Assembly (NCBI RefSeq): GCF_009834535.1
Contig: NC_045696.1
Location: forward strand, 114,020,001 to 114,084,000
Reading direction: 5' to 3'
Source: Camelus ferus
Lineage: Eukaryota
Length of the DNA: 64,000 nt
This document shows positions 40,421 through 52,710 of the stretch, in pieces; position 1 is the stretch's first letter; the number at the start of each line of letters is the position of its first letter. Under the pieces are notes generated by a model. That model worked only from the letters and a program-made list of their open reading frames with translations, ran no database searches and was not told where the DNA came from. A program made the translations under genes and the position numbers.

Positions 40421-43400
40421 GCAGAGCCTGTGCTCAATGAGATCATTGAAACAGCAATAAAAAGTGAAAACTGCTAGTGTAACTGAAGCACACCCTCTTT
40501 TGTAGTATTTTCTCCTATTATCTGCTCAATTACTAAATCAAAAGTCAAAATCAAAATGAATCATTTTACCATAGTCAAACTACTTTCAAAAAGTAATAAG
40601 GACCTCTGTCATTTCCATGCTCATAAAGCTAACATAAACTTGGGCATTATCAGATCATAATAAACTTTGGATTTAACTTCTCTGCAATACAGAGAAACAG
40701 GTTATCCTTTGGATAACAAAAATTTTTAATTTGAAAATGTTTCTGGCTAGCTGCCAGTTCTCCACCAGCACCAAGGAAATAGAAATGAACACACTAGGAC
40801 ACTACAGATTTAAGATCTGTTTTTGACAATTGTGAAGAATCCTGAAAGTCACATCATAGTTGTGTACAAGCTAAGCTGGTGTGCAGGGCACTGAGGTTGT
40901 GAGCAACTCTAGCCAACAGCCTAACACCTCCAACTCAGCGGGGTCATGAAAACATTTATGGATCTGTAGAGGCCTCTGGATGGCACCCTGCAAATGTCAT
41001 GGGTCTATTATGTTACCAATCATAAACACCAAGGCCAAGAAAAATGTATTCTACTTTCTATAGAGAATACTCTAAGTATATAACCAAGTTTCACCCAAAT
41101 TATGTACACCTTTCTAAGCCTATGGCCCTACACATGCTATGATTTTATCAACAGAAACTTTTTTCTTAGATATACCATAAAGTTTTGTTTTTAAACATTA
41201 ACTCTGATGCTATAATATAAAAAATTCAACCCAGCTTTAAAAAAACTGTATTATTGCATTTTTACCTCAAGGACAACAAAAAATGTGAAAAGAAAACCAG
41301 AAGATGTACAGGCATGTGTTTCCTATAAGAAGAAATAATTTAACCTATTATCACATTATTTTGTGGATGCTCTTTTAAAATATTTAAGTTCATTCAAAAC
41401 CTGAAAAGATCTTCAACAATACTACAGGAGAGGACAACCACATGCCATCTGCTTCAATATGAACCCAGCAGTTGCTTGACCGGACATCACATAAGAGATG
41501 AACGGAAATTCTGAGGTCCCATCTCTAACATGACATACACACAGAACCAGGCTGGACTAGCTTCTTAAGGTTCCAGGAAAAAAGAATAAACCACTCCAGG
41601 TGGAATGTGATACACACTCACCCTCATGGAGACAACTAATAGATAAAATCCTCTCCCCTCTGATTGCCTAAATCCACAATCCTCACACACAAGCCTTATC
41701 TGTGCTAGTGAGTTAATAACTACCCAAGCAACCAAAAGGTAGGATTTTGAGAGGCAGGTGTCCCAGGAAAGGCAATACACAAAGGGAGTACTAGGTGAAT
41801 GGAATTCTGACTCTTTCTATTAGGCAGATGGCTTTAATTTACCACATTTCTATAAATTAATTCATTATAGTCATTAGGACATACATGAAGGCAGCACAGA
41901 GCTTTTAAAATCAACCACAAGAGCACTGTTTGTTTTGTGCCAAAAATAAACCAAACTAAAATTATTCTCTAACTTCTCTTTCTCAAGATAGTAACCACAT
42001 TCTCACTGAAATACAGACAGGGAGATTTACTATAAACCACAATCAAATGTTTGACACCAAAAAATCCAAAGACCACAGTAACCCACTTGACAAGCACACT
42101 GAACGTCTGTATCAAGCAGCACAAGCACACAGGGAATGTGGAACTCACCCCACATCCCCACTAGCCACAGCCTAGAGGGCCTTCTGCTTGCAAAAGGGGA
42201 GTACCACGTACAATGGAGGTAGATATGACCTTTATCTCTGATCAGTCCAATCAACTACTTGAGGATCAATAAAAGGAGCCAAAGCCACTGTACCAGTAGA
42301 CCTTGCTTCTAAAGCAAACTAGCTATGCAATCTCCATACTGTTTAAAGAACTTCATTACAAATTCCCATAAGCCAACAAATTAACCAAAGGAGGTATCTT
42401 TCCATGTCAATATCTCAATAACACTGTGGGGAAAAAATACAACTAAGTAGCTATCTCTCCTGAAACCGTCTGCAGGGCTTATTATATGTGACGGCTACAT
42501 TTAAAAATGAAAATTATTACGTATATTTTGCATTATTTATAAAGAGCTTACATAACCAGTAATGACACATTAACTAAGGCTCAACAAAAAAGTAAATCCC
42601 CAAATTTCAGATGACACCATAGGTAAACTTCTCTTTTTTACATTAAATAGATCTCTGGTATGTTTTCATTTATCTAAGTAGTTACCATTATATAATTCTA
42701 ATTCCTTTCCTCAGACTCTTAAGTTTTCATGCATGTTTATAATATATTGGTTTAATCAAAGTTAAATCATTATCTGTGGCTAAATTAGACTAACGCATTA
42801 GAAAATAACATATCTGATAGTAAAGTTGCAAACAGTCTAATCATCACATGATATTATATGTGGATTTCATTTATCAAAAATGAGCCTTAAATAAGCTCAT
42901 TTTTCAAAAGCAGTTAGTTTATTTTGCCAATAATCTGTTGTCAAAATTTGAGCAAGTAAGTGTATAAATTAAGTTCACATATTTTCCAGTTCAGTTGTTT
43001 GTAAAAAGGAAACAAAAATAATATATGTGATAAAAGCCTATTTTTTAAAAATTCAAACCATTAAAACAAATGCTATCCTAAGAAACAAGGGATTTTAAGT
43101 TTAATTCAAACTGAAGTTTTTCCACAAATCAATCCACTTATATGAATTGGCTACCAAAGCCTAAACACCAGTCTGCCATCTGAAACAGCTTTGATGAAAC
43201 ACAGTCTTAAGGGTGACAGAAAACTCTTAACTGTTCAACAGTTTTACCTAACAAAGAATGATTTGTTCTAGCTGAGTGAAACAGTCTTTGAACATTATTA
43301 CTGCAAGTTTATATACCATTTATGACTCTTATGTAAAGAACCATATTAAATTCACCACAAACATCAAGTCTTATTAGAATCTTCCCTATACAAAATAGTT

Positions 43401-44337
43401 GTCAACCAGCCACACCAGCCATCTGCAATATTTTCACTTTCATTAATAATGAGAGTTGCTATCTTTGCTTACATATAAAAATAAGATTGGTAAAATCATA
43501 AATCATACCAAATAATGCATTCAATATTGCATTCAAACTTGCATTCAATATTGGAAATCTGCCCTCTCACCTTTAATGCACAAGCCTACCAATTTAAACT
43601 ATAAAACTCCATGTTGGCCTGGTTCCAATACTGACCTCATATCAAAAAAAGAAAGAAATACCTTAAAATAGCCAAACACCGTCTTTCAACTACTGCACCA
43701 AGATAGTATAAAGTAGATTATTTCTCTCCACTTCCTCTATGAACCTGCATATCATTAACTATTTCCAGGCGCACACTTTAACTTCCTGTAAGTAAGCTCT
43801 GACCAGAAAATTCAGGGTTGTGGTCATAAAGGAGAAAGTGCTTAAAATTTAACACCACTGCCTCCAATTACCCATTCTTACTTAGCCACGACCAATGACA
43901 TAAGAAATAATGTAAACCATGAAGAAACTGTTTAATGCACTTTAAAAAATCAATTTCCAACAAGATAACAACTGAACAATTATCAAATAACAAATATTTT
44001 AGTCATACTATTATTCCATCATTAAACAAATCATTTACAACCCCAACACTTCTTCCACTAAACGATCATTGTATTTGTCACCCTATAATTTCATCATCTT
44101 ATTGTTTCTGCATTACTTCTTTTTTGGCAATTCCACGCTACCACCACAAACATTCTTGCTGAATATCTCATTTCTGCACAGAGACAATCACTACCACTAT
44201 CTTCCACAGTCATTTAAGTCCAAACCACATGATGTTTTTACCAATTAATCTGACTACAACCACAGTTGCACATCAGACCAACAATTCAATTATATCTTCT
44301 GCAAAAGATACAAATAAATAAATCCATAAGTACTTAC

Positions 44338-44388
44338 CTACAGTTGGGAGGTGGGTCCAATGTAATTTCTGCAAGTTCCTTCTGAATT
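44338..44388 (-). CDS. UBE2E2: UBE2E2 coding exon 3 (51 nt), start of the UBC domain
   Basis: Minus strand TTTTAAAG|A ATT CAG AAG GAA CTT GCA GAA ATT ACA TTG GAC CCA CCT CCC AAC TGT AG|GTAAGT = (R)IQKELAEITLDPPPNC(S). The phase matches exon 2 (AG+A = Arg). Too short to appear in the ORF track. Confidence 0.97.
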   Translation of the reverse strand, partial: NSEGTCRNYIGPTSQL

Positions 44389-45542
44389 CTTTAAAATAAA
44401 GACAAAGAAAGTTACATTAAAATGTCTTCACTCTCTTAATATTCCATTAAAATGTTACACTTTTACACTAATATTTCCCATCTGTATGCTTTTTATTTGA
44501 AGCACTGTATAAATCATCACATACAATACCAACAAAGTAGAAATTTCTGCCACGTGTTCGGCAACGCGCCTACAGAGTGACGAGACTGGCCACTGTCGAC
44601 ATGTGTAGCCTGTGGAGGCAACACTATGACTTGGAAGCTAAAACTTCATTCAACCACTGGTAACACTAACCATAATTTCTAGTTTAAACTGGAAACGTTG
44701 GCCACACAATGTACAGATCACTCCAACTTCTGATTTGCACTAGAATACCCCATATGTGATGCAAAGATGATCATATTAAGTTGAATCCAAGCATCCTGAT
44801 TGAGCCAATCAGTTGGTGGAGAAAGGATTATCAGGATCTCATTCCAATACCTGAAACTGCTAGCAAAATATAAATGGTAGTCTTCCCAGAAGCCTCCAGG
44901 CCGCAGAGGGTTGCAGCTTTCGAGTTCAATAAGCCTTACTAAAACTCCTTTTGCTGGAACTATCCTAATAATACGTAGATAATTATTTTAATGTAATTGT
45001 GTGAGCTTCATGAAAAAAAAAAAAAAGAACGTTTTTTTACAAACATGTTTTCGCCCTCATGTGTTCACTTTTTATTTTTAACTGCATCTAACTCCTATAT
45101 ACATACACAAAGGCTAAGTGTTATACTGTTTTGTAAGACTAAGCAACCTCTTAACTGTCGTTCATGTATTAACCGCAGGCTTTCTTTTTTTTTTTTTTTA
45201 GGGTACAGGCATCCATATTTTATTTTATTTTTTTATTTTTTAACATTTTTTATTGAGTAATAGTCATTTTACAATGTGGTGTCAAATTCTAGTGTAGAGC
45301 ACAATTTTTCAGTTATGTATGAACATATTCATTGTCACATTTTTTTTTTCGCTATGAGCTACCACAGGACCTTGTTTATATTCCCCTGTGCTATACAGTA
45401 TAATCATGTTTATCTAGTTGGCATAATAAAATTCCAGTCTGTCCCTTCCCAACCCCCGCCCCCCTTGGCAACAAGTTTGTATTCTATGTCTATGAGTCTG
45501 TTTCTGTTTTATATTTATGTTTTGTTTTGTTTTGTTTTGTTT

Positions 45543-45911
45543 TTAGATTCCTCATATGAGCGATCTCATATGGTATTTTTCTTTCTCTTTCTGGCTTACT
45601 TCACTTAGAATGACGTTCTCCAGTGACATCCATGTTGCTGCAAATGGCATTATGTTGTCGGTTTTTATGGCTGAATAGTATTCCATTGTATAAATATACC
45701 ACTTCTTATTTACTCAGTCATCTGTTGATGGACATTTAAGCTGTTTCCATGTCTTGGCTATTGTAAATAGTGCTGCTATGAACACTGGGGTGCATGTGTC
45801 ATTCTGAAGTAGGGTTCCTTCTGGATATATGCCCAGGAGCGGGATTCCTGGGTCATATGTTAAATCTATTCCTAGTCTTTTGAGGAATCTCCATACTGCT
45901 TTCCACAATGG
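45543..45911 (-). pseudogene. L1 ORF2 C-terminal remnant (~120 codons, internal stops)
   Basis: PLWKAVWRFLKRLGIDLTYDPGIPLLGIYP...CTPVFIAALFTIAKTWKQLKCPSTDD* is the canonical ORF2 C-terminus. No EN or RT domain sequence upstream of it. Confidence 0.92.
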
Positions 45912-46054
45912 ATTTCCTTGCTTCCCTCTCCCACTCTTAATGATTTAGATGTCTTCTTTTACAATTTTGTGTTTATTCTTTTTGTAATTCATGGCAGTTA
46001 TCTCTTTCCCAGTTATGAGTTTCTCATTTTTGTAGCAGCCTGCTTCTTTTCTAT

Positions 46055-46952
46055 TTAGAGTAGACCTGTCAATATTTCTTTTAGCATGGGTTTAGTGTGG
46101 GTAAACTCTTTTAGTTTTTGCTTATCTGTGAAGTTCTTTCTCTCTTCTATCCTAAAGGATAGCCTTGCTGGATAGAGTATCCTAGGCTGTATCTTTTTTT
46201 TCATTCAGGACTTTGAATATATCTTGCCACTCCCTTCTGGCCTGTAGTGTTTGTGCAGAGAAATCAGCTGAGGGCCTTATGGGAGTTCCCTTGTAACTCA
46301 CTCTTTGTTTTTCTCTTGCTGCCTTTAGGATCATTTCTTTATCCTTGACTCTGGCCATCTTGATTATGATACGTCTTGGTGCGGGTCTGTTTGGGTTCTT
46401 CCTGTTTGGGACCCTCTGAGCCTCCTGTACATGGATATCTGATTCCTTTAGGTTTGGGAAGTTTTCAGTCATGATTTCTTCAAATACCTTTTCAATCCCC
46501 TTTATTCTTTCTTCCCCTTCTGGACCCCCTATTATGCATAGATTGGCACGCTTTATATCATCCCCTAGGTCCCTTATATTGTTTTCATTGTTTTTTATTT
46601 GTTTTTCTCTCAGCCATTCTGATTGGGTGCTTTCTGTTGTCCCGTCTTCTAGGTCACTTATTCGTTCCTCTGCATTCTCTAGCCTGCTTTGTACAGCCTT
46701 TAGGTCAGCTCTCATCTCAGCAAGTGAGTTTACCAATTCTACTTGGTTCTTCTTTGTAGCTTCTATTTCATTTTTGACATATTTTATATCTCTAAACACT
46801 ATTTCTTTTAGTTCGTTCAGTACTTTGATCACTCCTTTTTTGAAATCCTGATCTAGCAGGGCATCAATGTCTATTTCCTTGATTGTGCTTTCAGGAAATT
46901 TCTCTTGATCTTTTAATTGGGAGTGGTTCCTCTGCTTCTTCATATTGCTCAT
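46055..46952 (-). pseudogene. L1 ORF1p (coiled coil, RRM, CTD) with one +1 frameshift in an A8 run at 46194-46201
   Basis: The 256-aa ORF has L1 ORF1 motifs (RANLCIIGGPEGEE, QEAQRVP, PRRIIIKM, ARREW). Removing one A restores ...EKKIQPRILYPARLSFRIEERKNFTDKQKLKEFTHTKPMLKEILTGLL* ending at 46055. Confidence 0.92.
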
Positions 46953-49900
46953 ATCTCTCTGGCACTGTGGCTTAAGGAGTATCAGTTATCTAGTTCTCCT
47001 GGAGACGCTGTGCTCTTAATGATTTTATTGAGAGGTCTTTGTGTCTTCGCCCTATTTCGCAAACTCAGCTTGCTGTTTCCAGAGGCCCTCTGTTGGAGCC
47101 CTCTTCTGTGCTGCTCCCAGTGGCTGTCGGCTAGCAGATCATGCCCCCTCCCAACACTGGGTCAGGTGCTGAGCTCTTATCCAGTGGGGGGGGCGAGTCA
47201 CTCCCCCTCCCAATGCTGCAGTCAGATGCTGCAGTTGGGGGAGGCAGGTGGGCGGATCGTGCCCCCTCCCAGCACCGTGGTCAGGTGCTGCATTCCTGCC
47301 AGGAAAGCGGGTTGCCGACCACCCTTTCCCGGCGCTGGTCACTCCACTGCTCTGTGCAGCTGCCTGCTCCGCCTCGGGACGGCATTCTGAAGGTGGGCTC
47401 GGGGAAGACTGCGGACCGGCCCCGCCTCTGCTCCATGCCAAATCTCAGCTCGTTTGTCTTGGCGGGGCGAGTTCTCTTAGGTGCCAGGGCAGAACGATTC
47501 TATCTGCCTCCAGCTGTAGACAAGTCTGAGTCCTGCCTAGGAGGTTGTGGAGCCCCCGGGTGCAGATTCAGGTCTTGGCCCCGCCCCCACCGAGGCGCTG
47601 CACACAGGAGAATATGGCAGCTGTGGCTGAGCCCCGCCTCTCTTCTCACGAGAAGTGCCAGTAACGGCGGCGCAGGTCTGAGGAGACAAAGGCTATGGCG
47701 CCCCTCCCCCTAGGGCACATCAGCCGTGTTGCTTTGCTTTTTTGCAATTTATGGGGGACCGAGGTTGCTCTGCTCCATTTCCCCTCCCAGCCACGGCACA
47801 CAGCACCCTGCAGTCCCCGGGGGCCACCTCAGTGCAGCTGCCCCCGTCCTCCATCCAGCTCAGGCCACCTGCCCCAGCCCCAGCTGTGGGCCCACTTCTC
47901 GGGCTGGGTGTTGCGGGGACCCTTTGTGCCCATTTAACTCAGTTCTGTTGGTCAAGGGGTGCTCGGGGCAGATCTGAGCCTTGGAGGTTCCCCCTCCGTC
48001 CCACTGGCCTCTCCGTTGGAGAAGGGGGTACCCAGCGAAAGAGCGCCAGTCCTCCTTTGCTGCTCCCTCCCCGCAGGATCAGTCCCGCACTGTTTTGGTT
48101 TTTCTTCTTTCTTTTTTCCTTTTTTCCTACCAGATTTTTGGCGTCTTTGTCTTTCGGAGAGGGCGATGTTCTGTCGGAGTCCAGCAGGTGCTCTGGTTGG
48201 CTGAGTAGGTCCGTAGATGTGAGTTTTGGTGTATTTGTGGAAGAGGGTGAGCTACAAGCGTCCTTCTACTCCGCCATCTTGCTTCTCCCTTAACCGTAGG
48301 CTTTCTAAAACTAAATTTTTTTTTTAATTCTCAAAGCCATTTCTTCTCCTTTGCCTTGGTTTTAAACTATTAGACTTAACAGCTGGCTGCCTGCTCTCTG
48401 GTAGTTATCGGTATTATATGGATGACAGTTAAGTAAAGTACCATAAAAAACAAGACTCTGAACAAAAAAAATTCTCAAACAACTTCATTCTATGTCTTTT
48501 TCAAGACAACAAACAAAGCTGTCAGAATTGGTGCGACTCCTCCAGGATGACTGGCCCCAACTTCCCAAATGAACTGCATGCTACAGATCTAATTTTCACC
48601 TCTCAACACGATGATTCAAGGCTGGGGAGACATAACGAAGCAGAGCAAGACTAACAGATGTAAAGCCCCCCAAAAATCTTCATTTTAATTCTGCTAATTT
48701 AGAGTTCTTGGGGGAAAAGACTGCTCACACCTGCTTTCTCTCTAGGCCTCAGTTTTCTGCCCTATGAAATGAAGAGGCTAACTAGGATAAATTCCATGAT
48801 CTCTTATTTTTAAAACATTAGCTTTCCTTCTAATACGGGTGATAAGATGTGTTAATATGCATATGAGGTACATATGGCACACAATTAAATAAGGTGGGGC
48901 ACAGGTTTTGCCACAGGTGGGACAAAAAGGAATAAATAGCAAAGAGAAGGGGGTGGTCACCAATGGATGAGAAATTTCAGTGTGCTTCTGGAAGACAAAG
49001 CAGGTGGTGTAAATCAAGCAGGCTGAGATGGTCAAGAGGAGCTGCAGACATACACGGACATAAAGACACATCATTCAAGGGAAAAAAGACAGAAATCCCA
49101 AAAGAAAAACACCTGTATGAGAAAACTACAGATCAAATAGGAAAGAAACTAAAATCTGAAATAAGTTTAATAAAGTAACAGACATTAAGGGATTGAAAAA
49201 AGAGATTTGATCTATTTTGCCTAAATGCCAAGACTCATTGGGTGGCTGTGCGATCATGACATTGGACTTGCAGGAAATCCAATCCTAACACCCTGTTGGG
49301 TAAATCTACAGATAATTTATTGGTCTTCTACTTACAGATAAAGCACAGAAGACAGGTTGTAGTTGCAGTACACAATATATATGTTATTAACCTTGAAGAT
49401 GCAAAGTTAAGTGTGGCTAACAGAAACCAACTAAAAATGGACAGGGGATGGTTGTGAGTAGATGGAAAGAACAAAAGTGTTAATATCCCCACTTTACAAA
49501 GTAGGGAGCCAAGGAATACCGCTGAAATTTGAAGGAATAATTAATAGCGGCTTACATATATAGACTAAATAGTTTAGAAAGACAATCAGTACTCTCTCGT
49601 TTTTTTTTTTTTTTTAAAGAAATGTAACTATCCTTGACTGGGAAGAGGGAAAAGAAAGGAAGAGCAGGCAAATAAACTACATCCTCAAATTTCACAGCAA
49701 GGAGTCAAAGGATATAATTTAGGTTAACAATTCCACAAGCAGGTTTAAGTATATTATTTAGCCTTATGTAGAAAAACCATTAGAAAGACAAACCAGAGAT
49801 GGCCAAGAGGGAATGGAATTGGGATAGGGAGAGTGTTTCAACAGAAAACTGTTGCTTTCCATTAAAAAATGTTTCTGTGCTATTTAATTTGTTGCCAGAA

Positions 49901-52494
49901 ACATGAATAATTTTGATATACTGTTTTTAAACTAAGGGGACCAAAGGACAGGCATTCAAAAGAGATTGCTTAAACTGTCAAATAAAACTATTTTTAACAT
50001 AAAAGAACTTCTTTGGGATTTTCAAATGACTCATCTTGCTTTATGCTTATACTGTCCCTTCTGGTTTAAAAAACTGATGTCATAATTTTGTCACAGAATT
50101 CTATAATGAAACTTGAAACCCCTCCAGATGTCTATAATTCTAAATCTAATTATTCAATACAAAAAGCAATTTACTGATAAACTTGACAATTCTGAGCAGC
50201 AAGTCAATATATTACAATATATTTTGAGTCACCTGCTACCAAAGAACAGCTGTATTTCTCCTGAAAGAAAAGATTATACTAAGAATTGCTATTTAAACGG
50301 TTGCAAGATGTCCTGCTGTTTTCAATGACAGCAATTCAATTCTATCTCAAAAGTTGTGATCATGTTATGTATTAAGTTTCTCAGTCTTGACACGTGGAGT
50401 AAGGAAGATAGCTATTTCAGGCAACGTCCCTTAGGGCGAGGAAAAATGAAAAAGCATCAATAATTCACACTTACAGTGTACCTTTTACATGATGATCTTA
50501 GGCTATTAGAATTGAATTAAATAAATCTCTCAGAATTCTCTAAGTATTACTGTTTTATCAGTCCCCACTTAAAAGATAAGGAAACTAAGGCTAGTTACTA
50601 TACACAGGTAAGGTGAAAAGACAAGCAATTATCTTGCTAAGTCAAACAGACAGACCTCTCTCTTTTCAGATCTTTTAAGACAAAATTATTTCTTTACACA
50701 TAAATCAACTAGACAATTGCCTAAATTTCCAATTTCTGTCCCGCAGTGCCACTTCTTTAGTTATTCTGACACAGAAGTCAGCAACCACACAAAGTTCCCG
50801 AGACAACAAGTCAGAAGCAAAACACAGACTAAATCTCAGTTTGGAAGACTTCACCTAATACCTTAAATGTTCCAGGAATGGTTAAGTACTGCATGTGACT
50901 GTCACCTACTCAAAAGAAAGAGGAGTTGGGGACAGGGGGCAATCATCACTCATTCAGACTTCACTGAAGAGTACGGTACCAAAATTAGACACAAATGGAG
51001 AAGATATGAAGCACTCATTTTAACATCAACATACTGGATTAATGGTTCAGAAAAATGAAGCAGTGTAGAGGTACTGACATGTTTAGAACACAAACACTTA
51101 TTAGGTTAAATAAATTCAGTAACTCACTCAGGACCAAGTAGAACATGAATAGACAGACATAGGGATTCACAAAGCTGTTTTCTCAACAGTTATTTTTTAA
51201 AAAACCCTGCATCCACTTAGATGACTTCCTGTATTCCTCTACGGTCCTCATTCCTCAGTTACCCAAGGACTTCTATTCTAACCAATTCAATCAACTAGCC
51301 AACACCCTCCAAAATGAACTCATTCTCAAGAAGAAAACATCATGTAACTAATTACCAAAACTTTTTAAAGCTCAAAGTAGTCTCTGAATTAATCTAGAAA
51401 ACACATAGCCACCACAAATAATAAACATAGAGTTTAATTCTGAATGGTGATATATACCACGTAGCTGTGATTCTAAAAACCACTGATTTTTAAGACACCC
51501 TCGATTAATGATTGTGCATATCAACTGTAAGATGCATCTTGATTTCAGGAACAGTAAAAAGTTTCTAAATGCACATTCAGAATCAAGAAAAAACAGTAAT
51601 TACAAAAGATCTATAAAGAATACTACTTCATTCTCATGTGGAAAACAGTTAGATGAGGCCATATAATAAAATGTTCACGCTGGAATACACTGAGATCAAC
51701 CTTTCGACCCAACAAAAATTTAGTTTAAAAATCAAGTGTCATTCCCACAACAGTATTACATTGTGTCCAAAAAATCACAATGTCTACTCTGAACAAAAGT
51801 AATATGGTACAAATATGATTTAAAGTTCGCATTCACAGGTGTGTCAACCTGTGGAAAAAGCAGTAGAGTCAATTCAATGAAGAGCTCAAAATAAATGTTT
51901 TACTGAATTGACTAGTCCATTTAACAGAATCATCAGAATTTGCCATTGCAGACATAATTCAACTACAAATATAACAAAAAGAAATATATATAACAAATAT
52001 AATCAGATATACAGCAAACATAACAAAAATGATACAGACATTTTCAGGAGAACATATCTTGATAAGAGCATGCCAATTTTTAAAGAAACAAATTCATGCC
52101 AAAGAAGAGCAAAAATGCATCAAAGAAGTAACTATAATCTCCCTCTTAACTCCAAAAGACAGAAATTAATTCATACCATTGTTTAAATAAAATAACCACT
52201 TAGTATTTTCTGTATCCAACATTACTTTTCTGTAACATCTTAAAAGTCAGATTTTTTTAAAGAAAACATGTTTCTACATCTAATATTAAGTCTACAATTA
52301 TAGCACATTTCATGTAATTGAACATTTATGTGCAAAGTACTTTTCTTTAGTTACTACAAAATGTATATAATTATAGCATTTGAGTTTTTCTAGTTTAACA
52401 AATAGCATTAAGTCCCCAAAGGTTAACATATACCTCATTTCCCTAAAGTTTATCAAATGGACTTGAAAAATATTGTAGACTTATAGCATCTGTG

Positions 52495-52710
52495 TATGAA
52501 ACCTTACTATGTGCCAAATAATGCTTTAGCACATTCAGTCCTCACAACAGCCCTGTGAATATGGGACTATTATGTCTCCATTTTACAGAAGAGAAAACTG
52601 AGGCTTAGAAACGTTAAAGTATGTATCTAAGATCACAGAGTGACTAAATGCCAGACCCTAGAATCCAACCTGGATCCTGTCTCTAGAGTCCAAGCTCTGC
52701 ATTGCTACTG
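52495..52710 (-). mobile_element. MIR SINE
   Basis: cctcacaacagccctgtga...ccattttacagaagagaaaactgaggcttaga. Confidence 0.8.

Larger units (their letters stand above)
1..44337 (-). other. UBE2E2: UBE2E2 intron 3 (partial; exon 4 lies beyond the left edge)
   Basis: Begins GTAAGT at 44337. I did not find the expected next coding sequence (AGPKGDNIYEW...) in the remaining 44 kb. Confidence 0.85.
45186..48289 (-). mobile_element. Young lineage-specific LINE-1 with intact 5' end, ORF1, 3'UTR and poly(A), lacking most of ORF2
   Basis: 5' end GGGAGAAGCAAGATGGCGG (YY1 motif) at 48289; CpG-rich 5'UTR; ORF1; ORF2 C-terminal remnant; poly(T) on + at 45185-45199. 17-bp TSD TTAACCG(C/T)AGGCTTTCT at 45169-45185 and 48290-48306, with an L1-endonuclease-type TTTCT/AAAA site. 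Confidence 0.95.

Noticed and set aside
46471..48293. Plus-strand ORFs of 126-190 aa
   Set aside because: Antisense frames of L1 ORF1 and the GC-rich L1 5'UTR; no independent coding evidence.
49000..49950. Possible very old L1M fragment
   Set aside because: A-rich and suggestive, but too decayed to assign or bound by eye.
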